DNA of 63,771 bases, the filler included, from Gemmatimonadota bacterium (GTDB lineage: Bacteria; 4572-55; J002), in the NCBI GenBank assembly GCA_003697105.1. It is 6 parts of 6 records of this genome, joined end to end, with 100 filler letters (N's around TTAATTAATTAA, not from the genome) between each part and the next. Parts side by side here need not be neighbours in the genome. Positions count along the whole stretch, not along the records: positions 40,051 to 52,775 come from RFFQ01000140.1; 5 more parts are not named here. One strand, 5' to 3'. The position numbers and the translations under genes are program-made. This document shows, in pieces, positions 40,051-50,552 of this stretch; position 1 is the first letter of the stretch, and the number at the start of each line of letters is the position of its first letter. The notes beneath the pieces were generated by a model. That model did not search any database. It saw nothing but the letters and a program-made list of their open reading frames with translations, and was not told where the DNA came from.

Positions 40051-42971
40051 CTCACTCCGGCGGGGATCGTCAAGGCTCCGCCCCCATCAATGATGGCAAA
40101 TTCAGTGGCATCGGCGCCGCTAAGCTCCTGAGAGTAAATTGATAATTCCGTGTTACCCATGTTGGTTATCGTGAAGACAACCTCCGCCGTTTCCCCCTCT
40201 AAAATCGTACCAAAATCACCCGCTGTTGGGCTGACATCAATCTCTGGAATGAGTGGGATCCCCTCTCCAATGATGATCTGCCCCACCGGATTGGTGTAAT
40301 GCACGGGTGGTTCTCCTTCATTGAGCACAAACGGGTTAAATGTCAACTCGGAGACTCCATCGGTAAGACCGGTGAATGTCATTGTCAGCAGTTCACCTTC
40401 ACCCTCCAGTGCATTAATGGCAAAACCATTAGCAATCACTAAGCCCGGCGTGTTGGCATTGACTTGCGTGAACCAGCCATCCAGCAAGGTACCAAATTCC
40501 ACGTCATTATTTGTGATACTCAGATAATCTGCATTGTAGCCAAGGCGCATTTCAAAGGCAAGCACCCCATCCAAGGGGCTAACCCGTGAGACGTGCACCG
40601 GTACGGCTACTTGACCGCCCACATCAACGGTTAGATTTTCCCCGTTGGGGATAAATACATCGATAAACGCATGTGCCTGATCGCCAATACCTTGCACCGG
40701 AACATCGAGGGTCGGGTTTTCGGGGTCGTCACTGCTGATGGTGAGCGTAGCAGTGAGTAAATCCGGTTGAGTGGGGGCAAATTGAACCGTAAATTGATGG
40801 TCTTCACCCGGCAACAACGTGAATGACCCCCCTCCAGCAATAATCGAAAATTGATCGGGATGGCTACCGCTAAAGGTCTGATCAGTGACGGTAATCGATT
40901 CCACACCTTCGTTGGAGAGGGTTAGGGTTTGTGTATCCGTCTGGCCCACTTCAATTGAGCCAAAATCAAGGCTAGTGGGAGAGATCGTCAAACCCAGCGC
41001 TACCCCCGTACCCACAACCACCGTTGCTAACGGATTGTCATACGTTGCCGCCGGCTCACCTTCATTAAATTGAGCAGAGGTCAACCCGAATTCGGATGTA
41101 CCATCTGCCGCACCGGTAAACTGGAGTGTTGCCAGTAACCCGCTGCCTTCCAACGGCGTGATGGCATTCCCGGCAATGATGATCACATCGGGTTGGCTGG
41201 CGTTAATAATCAATGTCCAACCGCTGACAAGCTCACTCATGGTAATATCATTTTCGGTGATACTCAAAAAGCTGGCATCGTAGTAAAATTCGAGCCGGAA
41301 CGCGATCACCTCATCAATGGCGTCCACTTGGGTGATATGGATGGGAATGCTGGCGGTTTCGCCGATAGCGATGTCAAATTGAGTGGGTTCTGGTGTAAAA
41401 ATGGTGATTTCAGGGTTGCCCAAGGCACCTGTTCCTTGCAGTGGAACTTCAAATGCGCCATTTTCGGGATCATTGCTAGAGATGGTGAGCGTGGCAGTTT
41501 GCACACCTTCGGTGGTGGGGGCAAATTGGACGCTGGTGAGATGGATTTCGCCGGGTTCTAACACAACCGGTCCGCCACCGGCGGTAATTGCAAACTGATC
41601 TGCTTGACTACCGCTCAAGGTCTGTGCCGAGACAGTCAAGGTCTGGTCTCCGGCGTTAGAAATACTGAATGTTTTCGTTGCGGTTCGTCCAATTCGCACG
41701 GTTTGGTAATCCCAACTGCTGGGTGTGACGACAATCTGCGGGCCGCTATCGGGGATACCGGTACCCACAATCACCGTACCCAGCGGTGAGGTGTAACTGG
41801 CTGCCGGTGTACCTTCATTGAACGTCATCTCCTGAATGTTCAGGTCACTGGTGCCGTTTGCTAAACCGGTAAAGGTTAACGTCACAAACTCACCCGAACC
41901 TACGAGCGGAGTGCTGATATTCTGCCCGGTGATGGTCACCACACCGGGTGTCTCGGTGTTGATGATCGGTGACCAACCGTCCAATATCGACCCCAACTGG
42001 ACATCCTCTGGTGAAAGGCTAAGATAGGTGGGATTATAGGTCAATTCCATCTGGAAGGCGATCACTTCGTCTAGAGCGCTCACCATAGAAAGGTGAATGG
42101 GGACGTTAACCGTACCTCCCACATCAACGGAACGTTCCACCGGATCAGGGATAAAAACCTGAATTTCCGTGTGGACTTGTGCTCCGGTTCCTGTTAGTGG
42201 CACGTAAAAGGTAGGGTTATCCGCATCATTACTGCTGATTTGCAATTCAGCGCTGTAGGACTGCTCCGCGCTGGGGGTAAATTCGATGGTGGTCTCTGTG
42301 GAACCGGCGGGCGGCAAGGTGGCGGGGTCACCGCCGGCCGTGATGGCAAACTGGGCGGCATCCATCCCACCTATCGTGATGTTACTGATAGTCAACGCCG
42401 CGTCTCCCGTGTTGAGGATCGTAAACGTTTGGGTTGCAGATTCACCGAGCCGTACATTCCCAAAATCGTGTTCGGTAGGGGTCACGGCGATCTGCGCACC
42501 TAAGGGTATGGTTGCGGTAATCGTTGCCACCGGACGGTCAAACGAGGCGCGATCCCGGTCATTGAAGGTAAAATCATTCATATCCAGCGTGGAGGTTCCT
42601 TCTGCTACGGACGTAAACGTCAACGTCAGGAACAAACCGGAACCTTCCAGCGGAGTGGAACCAGACCCATTGACCATCAATCGCCCATCACGTACGAGAA
42701 CCGTTAGCGACCAACCCTCCAGCATGGCACTCGGTGCAACGTCATTCTCTCCAATAGTAACGTAGCTATCGCGATACGCCATATCCATTTCGAATGAAAA
42801 ATAATTATCGCTCGCAAAAATGTCGGTAACGTGTAAGGGAACATCAAACACATCACCGGTATTAACCGTGTATGTATTGGGCACGGCAGAGACGTGAACC
42901 GCCGCTTGTGCCTGTGAGAGGGTAAACAAAAATAGAGATAAAATGAGCGCAATACGTAGCATGGAATTCAT
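40051..42971 (-). CDS. Secreted modular protein of alternating cohesin-like and ASH/choice-of-anchor-D Ig-like domains (3' truncated)
   Basis: Signal peptide (AQA/A); four repeats of VP.H......AF...L.Y....L....G.G...TLTF......S.L.....FNEG alternating with P...DFG.V..G......FTI.N.G...L.....F.P.......LTISSND repeats. Confidence 0.8.
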
Positions 42972-43500
42972 AATAACCTCCGAAATAAGTGAAAGTATAA
43001 GGAATCTGAGTTAACGAAAGCCCTAACCAGCCTTCCACACCCCATAGTAGCTGATAATATTGGAGCTATTTTTTGACATTCAATTTTAGGAATGCCTCCA
43101 TTATCAATAGGTTACAATTTCAGAATGCGGAATGCCGATTCCAACGAATGATTACCCCGGTTATGTTTGAATCTCCTTGCGGAAAGGGGTCCCATTCCGT
43201 GGTGGATGCCGGATTGGTCGTTCCCCAAGTTGGGCGCAAGTCCCGTGAATAAGAACAACTGTGACTTCATGCAAAGACCGGAGAGCCGGTGAGCATTCAA
43301 TGGTGTAACCGTAACTATCTGAGCCGGAAAGCCAATTATTTCTATTCGAGGGGTTGTATCATCGTATAAAAAATAGCATTGAACACGGCCCACTGTTCGA
43401 AATTATTCGCCTAAAATAAATGCTTCTTTTGAATCCAGCAAGGTGAAACTTAACGAAAACACCTTTCCCAATCGTTTATGATGGCGTTTCGGATTATGCC

Positions 43501-43529
43501 TTGACAAGGGGAAAGGCTTATGTTAGTTT
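43501..43529 (+). promoter_or_regulatory. Putative sigma70 promoter
   Basis: TTGACA-17 nt-TAGTTT with a TG extension. Confidence 0.5.
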
Positions 43530-43574
43530 ACGGCAAATTTTGCGAATTTCTCCGCTTCAAATCCAAGTAACATT

Positions 43575-44441
43575 ATGACCCCACCACGAATTTTAGTTGT
43601 TGATGATGAAAAACGAATTGTTGAATTGATTCGCTATCAACTGGAAGAAAATGGCTATCGGGTGGAAGAAGCGTATGATGGCGAGATGGCTCTGGAAAAG
43701 GCAAAGCGTCTCAAGCCAGATTTGATTATTTTGGATTTAATGATTCCCAAACGAGATGGGATTGAAGTTTGTGAAGAACTGAAAACCCATCGGGAATACA
43801 ACCCGATTCCCATTATCATGTTGACTGCGCGAAGCAAAGAAGAAGATCGGATTCAGGGCTACCGGGTTGGGGCGGATCGCTATCTAACCAAGCCGTTTAA
43901 TCTGGAGGACTTAGCAGAGACGGTTGAGACCGTACTGGCAGAAAAAAAGCGGGAACGAGAACAAGACCAGATTTCGGAAAAAGTATCTTTTACCTTGCAA
44001 AGCCGAATTGAATGTATGCGGCAGGTCAATCAGATCGTCTCGCGGTTGTACCGCGAAACTCGCCTTAGCGAAGAAGAAGTTATGAATGTGGATTTCGCCT
44101 TGATGGAATTGATGCAAAATGCGATTGAACACGGCAACAAAAGCGATCAAAACCGGTTAGTGAAGTTTGGCTATACCCTTTATCCCGACCGGGTTGAGTT
44201 TACCATTGAGGATGAAGGTGAAGGCTTCCGGGCGGATCAAGCGAATCACGGGGACGTGATCCTCAAAAAATTGCTGAAAGGCGAGAAAAACATACCCGAA
44301 ATTGAACGGCGAAAACGTCCGGGCGGCTTAGGGATTTATCTGGCAAAAATGATGGTGGACAAAATTGAATATAATGAACGTGGTAACCGGGCTGTGCTTA
44401 CTAAATATCTGCCGCCTAACCCCCAAGATACACAATCATAA
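43575..44441 (+). CDS. Response regulator fused to RsbW/anti-sigma-type HATPase domain
   Basis: ILVVDDE, LDLMIP, KPF receiver; ALMELMQNAIEHGN, IEDEGEGF, GGLGIYL..MVD..EYN. Confidence 0.88.
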   Translation: MTPPRILVVDDEKRIVELIRYQLEENGYRVEEAYDGEMALEKAKRLKPDLIILDLMIPKRDGIEVCEELKTHREYNPIPIIMLTARSKEEDRIQGYRVGADRYLTKPFNLEDLAETVETVLAEKKREREQDQISEKVSFTLQSRIECMRQVNQIVSRLYRETRLSEEEVMNVDFALMELMQNAIEHGNKSDQNRLVKFGYTLYPDRVEFTIEDEGEGFRADQANHGDVILKKLLKGEKNIPEIERRKRPGGLGIYLAKMMVDKIEYNERGNRAVLTKYLPPNPQDTQS

Positions 44442-44471
44442 GACCATTCCGGCATGTCCACACCGTTGGCT

Positions 44472-44503
44472 GAGCGCGCGAATGATACGGGCGCTCTTTT
44501 TTT
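44472..44503 (+). terminator. Intrinsic terminator
   Basis: GAGCGC...GCGCTC hairpin followed by TTTTTTT. Confidence 0.55.
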
Positions 44504-44518
44504 CACCTTAACCTAAGA

Positions 44519-45334
44519 ATGATAATAATGCAACGCCTCTTAAAATCTGTTATTTTCGGAATGCTTCTCAGTCTGTTGCTTTCAGGCTGTGGTGCTCACC
44601 AACCCATTCCACTCTCGGCAGTAGAGGAATACCACCTCTACAAAAATGCATATGATCAGAAAAAATATCGCGAAGCAGTCGAAGGGTTTGAACGTTTTGT
44701 CCGCATCCATTCCGGTAGTGAGTTCGCTGAAGCGGCACAATTCTATCTGGCGGAAGCACATTACTACCAGCGGGATTATATCCTCGCTTCGACAGAATAC
44801 CGGTACTACCTCAACCGGTATGCAACAAGTCCCCATGCCGAAGAAGCACTTTTCAAACTGGCAATGTGCTACTACCACCAATCACCTAAATCTCAATTGG
44901 ACCAGACGGCTACCGAAGTCGCAATCCGTGAATTGAGCCGGTTTATCACCAAATACCCGAACAGTCCCTATGCGGAAGAAGCCGAACAACACCGGAAAGA
45001 ATGCCGCAATAAATTGGCAAAGAAAACATACGACAATGGCTATATCTATGCACGCTCCTTAAAAGCATACGATGCCGCCATTTTGTACTACCAACAGGTG
45101 CTGGATTTGTATTCCGATACGGATTGGGTAGATAATGCGCAGTGGGGTATCGCAGAAGCCTACCGCAAATCTGAACGGTGGGAAGATGCACGGCAGGCGT
45201 ATACCGAATTGGTGCAAATGGAGGGTGTGGAGCCAAAATTAAAGGAGCGTGCCCAAGCGTATATTCTAGAAATGGAGCAACACATCCCAGACCATACTGT
45301 TACAGGCATCAATAGCAATGCCACGACGTATTAA
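44519..45334 (+). CDS. bamD: Outer membrane protein assembly factor BamD
   Basis: Lipobox LSGC, TPRs, LDQTAT..AI.EL..FI..YPNSPY..EA pattern. Confidence 0.88.
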   Translation: MIIMQRLLKSVIFGMLLSLLLSGCGAHQPIPLSAVEEYHLYKNAYDQKKYREAVEGFERFVRIHSGSEFAEAAQFYLAEAHYYQRDYILASTEYRYYLNRYATSPHAEEALFKLAMCYYHQSPKSQLDQTATEVAIRELSRFITKYPNSPYAEEAEQHRKECRNKLAKKTYDNGYIYARSLKAYDAAILYYQQVLDLYSDTDWVDNAQWGIAEAYRKSERWEDARQAYTELVQMEGVEPKLKERAQAYILEMEQHIPDHTVTGINSNATTY

Positions 45335-45468
45335 GCCGTGATCGATGTACCGCGGCCTGCCTTCAAAGGATTGGCAGGTGTAACGTGCCAGATCGATCCC
45401 AACATCACGTATTTTACATTGTATTTACTGACACTCACACTATGAAATTATCTTGCGGAGGTTAAGAC

Positions 45469-46479
45469 GTGCCTGAACACCAGACGAATCACCAAGATTT
45501 ACAAACTGTGGAAGAACTGAAAACCGCAAAAGACCAGATCACATCGCAACTACGGAAAGTCATTGTCGGGCAGGAAGACGTTATTGAAAAACTATTGATT
45601 GCCTTGCTGTCCAATGGACACTGTCTGTTAGTTGGGGTGCCGGGTCTAGCAAAAACCATGTTGATCCGTACCATTGCGGAAACGCTGGATTTGTCATTTA
45701 GCCGGATTCAATTTACCCCAGATTTGATGCCGTCAGACATCACCGGTACGGAACTTGTGGAAGAAGAAATGGGCACCGGCAAACGGGTTTTCCGGTTTGT
45801 CAAGGGTCCCATTTTTGCCAACATTGTTTTGGCGGATGAGATCAACCGGACTCCCCCGAAAACGCAAGCGGCGCTATTGCAAGCGATGCAGGAGCGTGAA
45901 GTCACCGCCGCCGGAGAAACGTTTCACCTAACCCCACCGTTTTTTGTGCTGGCAACCCAAAACCCCATCGAACAAGAAGGAACATACCCCTTGCCGGAAG
46001 CCCAATTAGACCGCTTTATGTTCAATGTGTTCGTGGATTATCCCAAGTATGAAGAGGAAATCGAAATTGTCAAAACCACGACCAGTTCCTATAAAGCGGA
46101 GTTGGAAACCGTTCTCCACGCGGAAAAGATCATCGAACTCCAACAGTTGGTGCGCCGGGTACCGGTTTCGGACCATGTTGTTAATTATGCGGTGCGGTTA
46201 GTCCGTAGTACCCGCACCACGAGCGAAAATGCGCCGTCGTTTATCAAAGATTGGGTTAGTTGGGGAGCGGGACCCCGTGCCTCCCAGTATCTGATCTTAG
46301 GTGCAAAAACACGGGCGATTTTGGAGGGACGTTATACCCCCGAATGTGCCGACGTACGGGAATTAGCTCTAGCGGTCTTGCGGCATCGCATCGTGACCAA
46401 TTTCAATGCCGAAGCGGATGGTATTGATAGCGATCAGGTTATCCAACGTTTGATTCAAGAGGTACGAGAAGATCAATAA
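45469..46479 (+). CDS. moxR: MoxR-family AAA+ ATPase
   Basis: [58 protein letters not shown]. Confidence 0.95.
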   Translation: MPEHQTNHQDLQTVEELKTAKDQITSQLRKVIVGQEDVIEKLLIALLSNGHCLLVGVPGLAKTMLIRTIAETLDLSFSRIQFTPDLMPSDITGTELVEEEMGTGKRVFRFVKGPIFANIVLADEINRTPPKTQAALLQAMQEREVTAAGETFHLTPPFFVLATQNPIEQEGTYPLPEAQLDRFMFNVFVDYPKYEEEIEIVKTTTSSYKAELETVLHAEKIIELQQLVRRVPVSDHVVNYAVRLVRSTRTTSENAPSFIKDWVSWGAGPRASQYLILGAKTRAILEGRYTPECADVRELALAVLRHRIVTNFNAEADGIDSDQVIQRLIQEVREDQ

Positions 46480-46480
46480 C

Positions 46481-47257
46481 ATGCGTCTGGGGATAGGGTT
46501 ACTCCTGATCGGGCTTTTAGCAGGCTGTGCCCGCTATGATCTCGTCACCGCGGTGACCGAAAATGGACTTCCCTTGCGGTTATCGCTGGAAACGGGTCAA
46601 AAATGGGTGTATGCGTATCACCAGCAGACCGATGTTACCGCCAGTGTGTTCGATACCACGTTTGCAGTGCCCCACACGACCCAACTTCAATTGCAAGTGA
46701 CAGTGCAACAACCGCAAACGAATGGGTTTTTGGTAGAGACCTCTGCCGTGGATACCTCGGGCAACGTACTCTCCTCGCAGTTGGTGAGTCTTACACCGGA
46801 AGGTGATATTTATGAAGCATCAAATTCCCCTTCCCCGAAAATTGATCCGGCGTCAATGTTGCGCCACTTAGTCGATTTTATACCGGAACAACCTGTGAAA
46901 ATCGGGGATCAATGGCAGGTAACATCACCGTTGAATGACCCCGGAACGGATTCCTTGACGGTTTACTATACGCTTCAATCCATTGACACCACATCAGAGA
47001 TTCCCACGTTGCGAATTACGTGCGCGGGTGCTTTTGCAACAGATAACATCCACGTGGAGAATACAGACCACGCCGTCTCGCTTGTATCTGTCGGGGAGTT
47101 GACCGGTGTGATTATCTTTGCGCCCCTGCACGGATGTGTGTTACAAAAAGAAATAGAAGCAACGCAACGTGTTGAAAGTACGGCGTTTGATAGGTTTCAA
47201 TCGGAAGCCGTCGCTTCAACCCTAACGACCCGTACGATCATCACTAAAATCCTCTAA
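46481..47257 (+). CDS. Hypothetical lipoprotein
   Basis: Lipobox LAGC; beta-rich with P..PVKIGDQW motif. Confidence 0.7.
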   Translation: MRLGIGLLLIGLLAGCARYDLVTAVTENGLPLRLSLETGQKWVYAYHQQTDVTASVFDTTFAVPHTTQLQLQVTVQQPQTNGFLVETSAVDTSGNVLSSQLVSLTPEGDIYEASNSPSPKIDPASMLRHLVDFIPEQPVKIGDQWQVTSPLNDPGTDSLTVYYTLQSIDTTSEIPTLRITCAGAFATDNIHVENTDHAVSLVSVGELTGVIIFAPLHGCVLQKEIEATQRVESTAFDRFQSEAVASTLTTRTIITKIL

Positions 47258-47279
47258 TATAACATAAGGTGGGTCTGCG

Positions 47280-47669
47280 ATGGGTATCTCTAACCGTTTG
47301 TTTCGTCTGGCAAAAGCCTATATTAACGATTTTATCCATCCGGATCGGTATGACGACGATCCGCTAAAAGATGCCTTTGAGGAATTAGAGCGGGAAGAGC
47401 GGAAACAACGCCGTTCTACGTCCGCAAATCATTCCTCCCGCCGGCGCAAAGACCCCCGCATCGCGCAGTATTACGAGCGGCTCAATGTACCTTATGATTC
47501 GGATTATGAAACTGTGCGGGATGCTTGGAAAATCCTAATGAAAAAATATCACCCGGACCGTCACGCCGGTGACCCTGAAAAAGTGAAAATGGCGACGAAA
47601 ATTTCGCAAGATTTAACCGAAGCGTACAAGGAGATCGAAAAATACCTGAAAGCGAACCGTCGGGTATAA
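47280..47669 (+). CDS. J-domain protein (C-terminal J domain)
   Basis: YYERL....V..AW..LMKKYHPDR....K.....Q.LTEAY. Confidence 0.9.
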   Translation: MGISNRLFRLAKAYINDFIHPDRYDDDPLKDAFEELEREERKQRRSTSANHSSRRRKDPRIAQYYERLNVPYDSDYETVRDAWKILMKKYHPDRHAGDPEKVKMATKISQDLTEAYKEIEKYLKANRRV

Positions 47670-47693
47670 CAAAATTCCACAGAAGACATACCG

Positions 47694-47734
47694 ACCGCCA
47701 AGTTGAGCTATGTTTCGCTTGGCGGTTTATTTTT
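47694..47734 (+). terminator. Possible intrinsic terminator
   Basis: ACCGCCAAG...CTTGGCGGT followed by TTATTTTT. Confidence 0.55.
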
Positions 47735-47747
47735 CAATGAGGATACA

Positions 47748-49172
47748 ATGGATTTAGACGATAAAATTACGGAACTTACCCTCCATAATGGGATGCGCTG
47801 GTTTTTTGTGGAACGGCATACCGCGCCGACTTTCTCTGGAGTGATTCAATTTAAGGTGGGGGGTGTCGATGAAGTTGAAGGACAGACCGGATTATCCCAC
47901 TTATTCGAGCACATGGCGTTCAAAGGCACCAGTGTAATCGGTACCCGAGATTACCAAGCCGAAAAGATCATCCTCGATCAAATTGACGAACTGGCACGCC
48001 AATTTACCCTTGAACAGCGAAAACCGGTGCCAGACCAACTCCTTCTGGAAGAACTATACCAGCAGTTGGTACAGCTCAACCTCGAACACCGGCAATATGT
48101 GATCAAAGATGAATTTTGGCAAATTTACAACCGGCACGGCGCCAATAATTTGAATGCCGGTACCAGTAAGGATACCACCAGCTACTTGGTTTCCCTCCCC
48201 GCCAACCGCTTGGAGTTATGGTGCTTAATGGAATCGAATCGATTAGCCGATCCTGTTTTTCGGGAGTTTTATTCTGAGCGAGATGTGGTAATGGAGGAGC
48301 GCCGCTTGCGCATTGATAGTAACCCCAGCGGAAAATTATATGAGCAATTTTTGGCAACTGCCTACACGCGCCACCCGTACCGGTGGCCTACCATTGGCTG
48401 GATGGAGGACATCTCGCAGGTGACTGTGGAACAAGCACAAGCCTTGTACCGGACATATTATGTGCCCGGTAACGGCGTTGGGGTACTGGTGGGGGACTTT
48501 GAATGTGCGGAAGCCATCCGTTTGGTGCAAACCTATTTCGGGCAATTACCTGCCGGAGACTTGCCGCCAGAAGTCACCGTTGAAGAACCACCCCAAACGG
48601 AAGAACGCCGGATTATTGTTGAGTTTGATGCCGAACCGGAACTCCTGATCGGCTACCATGTGCCCACTTACCCGCACCCGGATGATGTGACGATAGATGT
48701 TATTTCCAATCTGCTCACAAACGGGCGTAGTTCCCGGCTCTATATGGCATTGGTCAAACAACAAGAGGTTGCGACAGAGGTCAACAGTTTTCGGGTGCCG
48801 GGGGATCGATATCCCAACGTACTCGCCATTAATGTGATTCCGCGTGCCCCTCACTCGCCAACAGTCATTGAAGAGCGTGTCTATCTGGAGATCGAACGGC
48901 TCAAAACCGAACCCGCGGATGCGTGGGAACTGCAAAAACTGAAAAATCAATTGGATGCCACCCTCGTGCGAGGGCTTGGCTCAAATTTGGGGCTGGCAAG
49001 TCGCATCGCCTATGCGGTACACCTCTCCGGGGACTGGCATTATTTTAAGACGTATCGCCAACGGTTAGCGCAGGTAACCGCGGATGAAATTATGAGGGCT
49101 GCCCAAACATATTTGACCCCACAGAATCGCACTGTAGCGACCCTCCAACGACCGGAGGTAACCCCTTCATGA
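47748..49172 (+). CDS. M16 family zinc peptidase, catalytic subunit
   Basis: GLSHLFEHMAFKG (HXXEH), LNAGTSKD, ERDVVMEER. Confidence 0.93.
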   Translation: MDLDDKITELTLHNGMRWFFVERHTAPTFSGVIQFKVGGVDEVEGQTGLSHLFEHMAFKGTSVIGTRDYQAEKIILDQIDELARQFTLEQRKPVPDQLLLEELYQQLVQLNLEHRQYVIKDEFWQIYNRHGANNLNAGTSKDTTSYLVSLPANRLELWCLMESNRLADPVFREFYSERDVVMEERRLRIDSNPSGKLYEQFLATAYTRHPYRWPTIGWMEDISQVTVEQAQALYRTYYVPGNGVGVLVGDFECAEAIRLVQTYFGQLPAGDLPPEVTVEEPPQTEERRIIVEFDAEPELLIGYHVPTYPHPDDVTIDVISNLLTNGRSSRLYMALVKQQEVATEVNSFRVPGDRYPNVLAINVIPRAPHSPTVIEERVYLEIERLKTEPADAWELQKLKNQLDATLVRGLGSNLGLASRIAYAVHLSGDWHYFKTYRQRLAQVTADEIMRAAQTYLTPQNRTVATLQRPEVTPS

Positions 49173-50551
49173 ACCGGCAACGCCATTCCCCCACAATTTG
49201 GATTCATCCTAACGAACTGGCAATTGAACCCCTCGAATGGGATATTCCCAACGCCATGCGATTGGAACTCCACAACGGTATGATTGTTTACCTCCAAGCG
49301 GATACCGAACTGCCCTTGCTGGATGTGAGAGCCATCATCCGTGCCGGTACGGTTTACGAGCCTCCCCATCTAACCGGATTGGCGGAAATCACCGCAGAAA
49401 CCGTGCGTACCGGTGGAATCGCTTCCCCTCAACGAACCATGACCAGCGATGACGTTGACCGGCACATCGAGTATTTGGCGGGACGGTTGGAAACCTACGC
49501 TGACCGCGAGTATTCTCTGGCGTCACTTTCCATTTTGGAAAAAGATAAAACGGAAGGGTTGGCGTTACTACGGGATATGCTCATGTATCCGGCATTAGAT
49601 GGAAAGATCATCGAACATACCAAAAAGAAGCAGATTGAGGATATCCGGCGGCAAAATGACAATCCACAACAAGTTGCCTTTCGAGAATGGCTGAAACTGG
49701 TTTACGGCGCGAAAAGCCCTTGGGCGATGACTCCCCAAGTGGAAACTATCCAGTCCATTCAGCAAACGGATGTGAACGATTTTTACCAGCGATATTATCA
49801 GCCAAATAACATCATTTTGACGGTCTATGGCGCATTCGATCCGGATCGGATTGAAATGGAGTTAGAAGAGTTGTTTCAGGCGTGGCAACCCCAACCTATT
49901 TCGTTTCCGGCGATACCGCCCATCACATCGACGACCTCGCCGGAACTGGTTGTCGTTCCTAAAGTACAAGAGCAAAGTGTAATTGTACTAGGTCATTTGG
50001 GCATCCGGCGGAATAGCCCAGACTATTTTCCGATTTTGGTCATGAACGAGATTTTGGGCGGCGGATTTACCTCGCGCATGATGCGAGAAATCCGCTCAAA
50101 TCGAGGGTTGTCGTATGGGGTTTACAGCCGGTTGACGGAGGGCACCGAGGCGGGTGTGTTTGTCTCCTATTGTGCCACAAAAACGGAATCCACCCGTGAA
50201 GCCATTGAGGTGATGACGGGCATCGTGCGGGAGATGAAAACCGCGCCACCGGCTCCGGAAGAAATGGAATTGGCGACAGAAAGCCTGCTGAATAACTTTG
50301 TGTTTCAATTTGATGCCCGTTCCGAACTCGTTCGTCGCCTTGCAGGGCTTGAATTTTTTGGACAACCGGCAGATTTTTACCAAACGTACCGCGAAAATGT
50401 GGTGCGTGTTACCGCTCAAGATGTGCAACGTGTCGCTGAAACGTACCTCCACCCGGAGAACCTCAAAATTTTGGTAGTCGGTGATGCCGAACAATTGATG
50501 GTCTCCTTACAACCCGTGGGCACGCCGCGCCTCATCCACTTGAATCCGTAA
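49169..50551 (+). CDS. M16 family peptidase, non-catalytic partner subunit
   Basis: M16 fold without HXXEH; ILGGGFTSR...IR..RGLSYG; ATGA-coupled. Confidence 0.9.
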   Translation: MNRQRHSPTIWIHPNELAIEPLEWDIPNAMRLELHNGMIVYLQADTELPLLDVRAIIRAGTVYEPPHLTGLAEITAETVRTGGIASPQRTMTSDDVDRHIEYLAGRLETYADREYSLASLSILEKDKTEGLALLRDMLMYPALDGKIIEHTKKKQIEDIRRQNDNPQQVAFREWLKLVYGAKSPWAMTPQVETIQSIQQTDVNDFYQRYYQPNNIILTVYGAFDPDRIEMELEELFQAWQPQPISFPAIPPITSTTSPELVVVPKVQEQSVIVLGHLGIRRNSPDYFPILVMNEILGGGFTSRMMREIRSNRGLSYGVYSRLTEGTEAGVFVSYCATKTESTREAIEVMTGIVREMKTAPPAPEEMELATESLLNNFVFQFDARSELVRRLAGLEFFGQPADFYQTYRENVVRVTAQDVQRVAETYLHPENLKILVVGDAEQLMVSLQPVGTPRLIHLNP

Positions 50552-50552
50552 C

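Noticed and set aside
43112-43393. 93-aa ORF or known riboswitch upstream of the cohesin gene
   Set aside because: No RBS or motif for the ORF; I could not match c-di-GMP, c-di-AMP or cobalamin riboswitch consensus by eye
49169-50551. M16 subunit lacking HXXEH as a pseudogene
   Set aside because: A non-catalytic second subunit is normal for heterodimeric M16B peptidases
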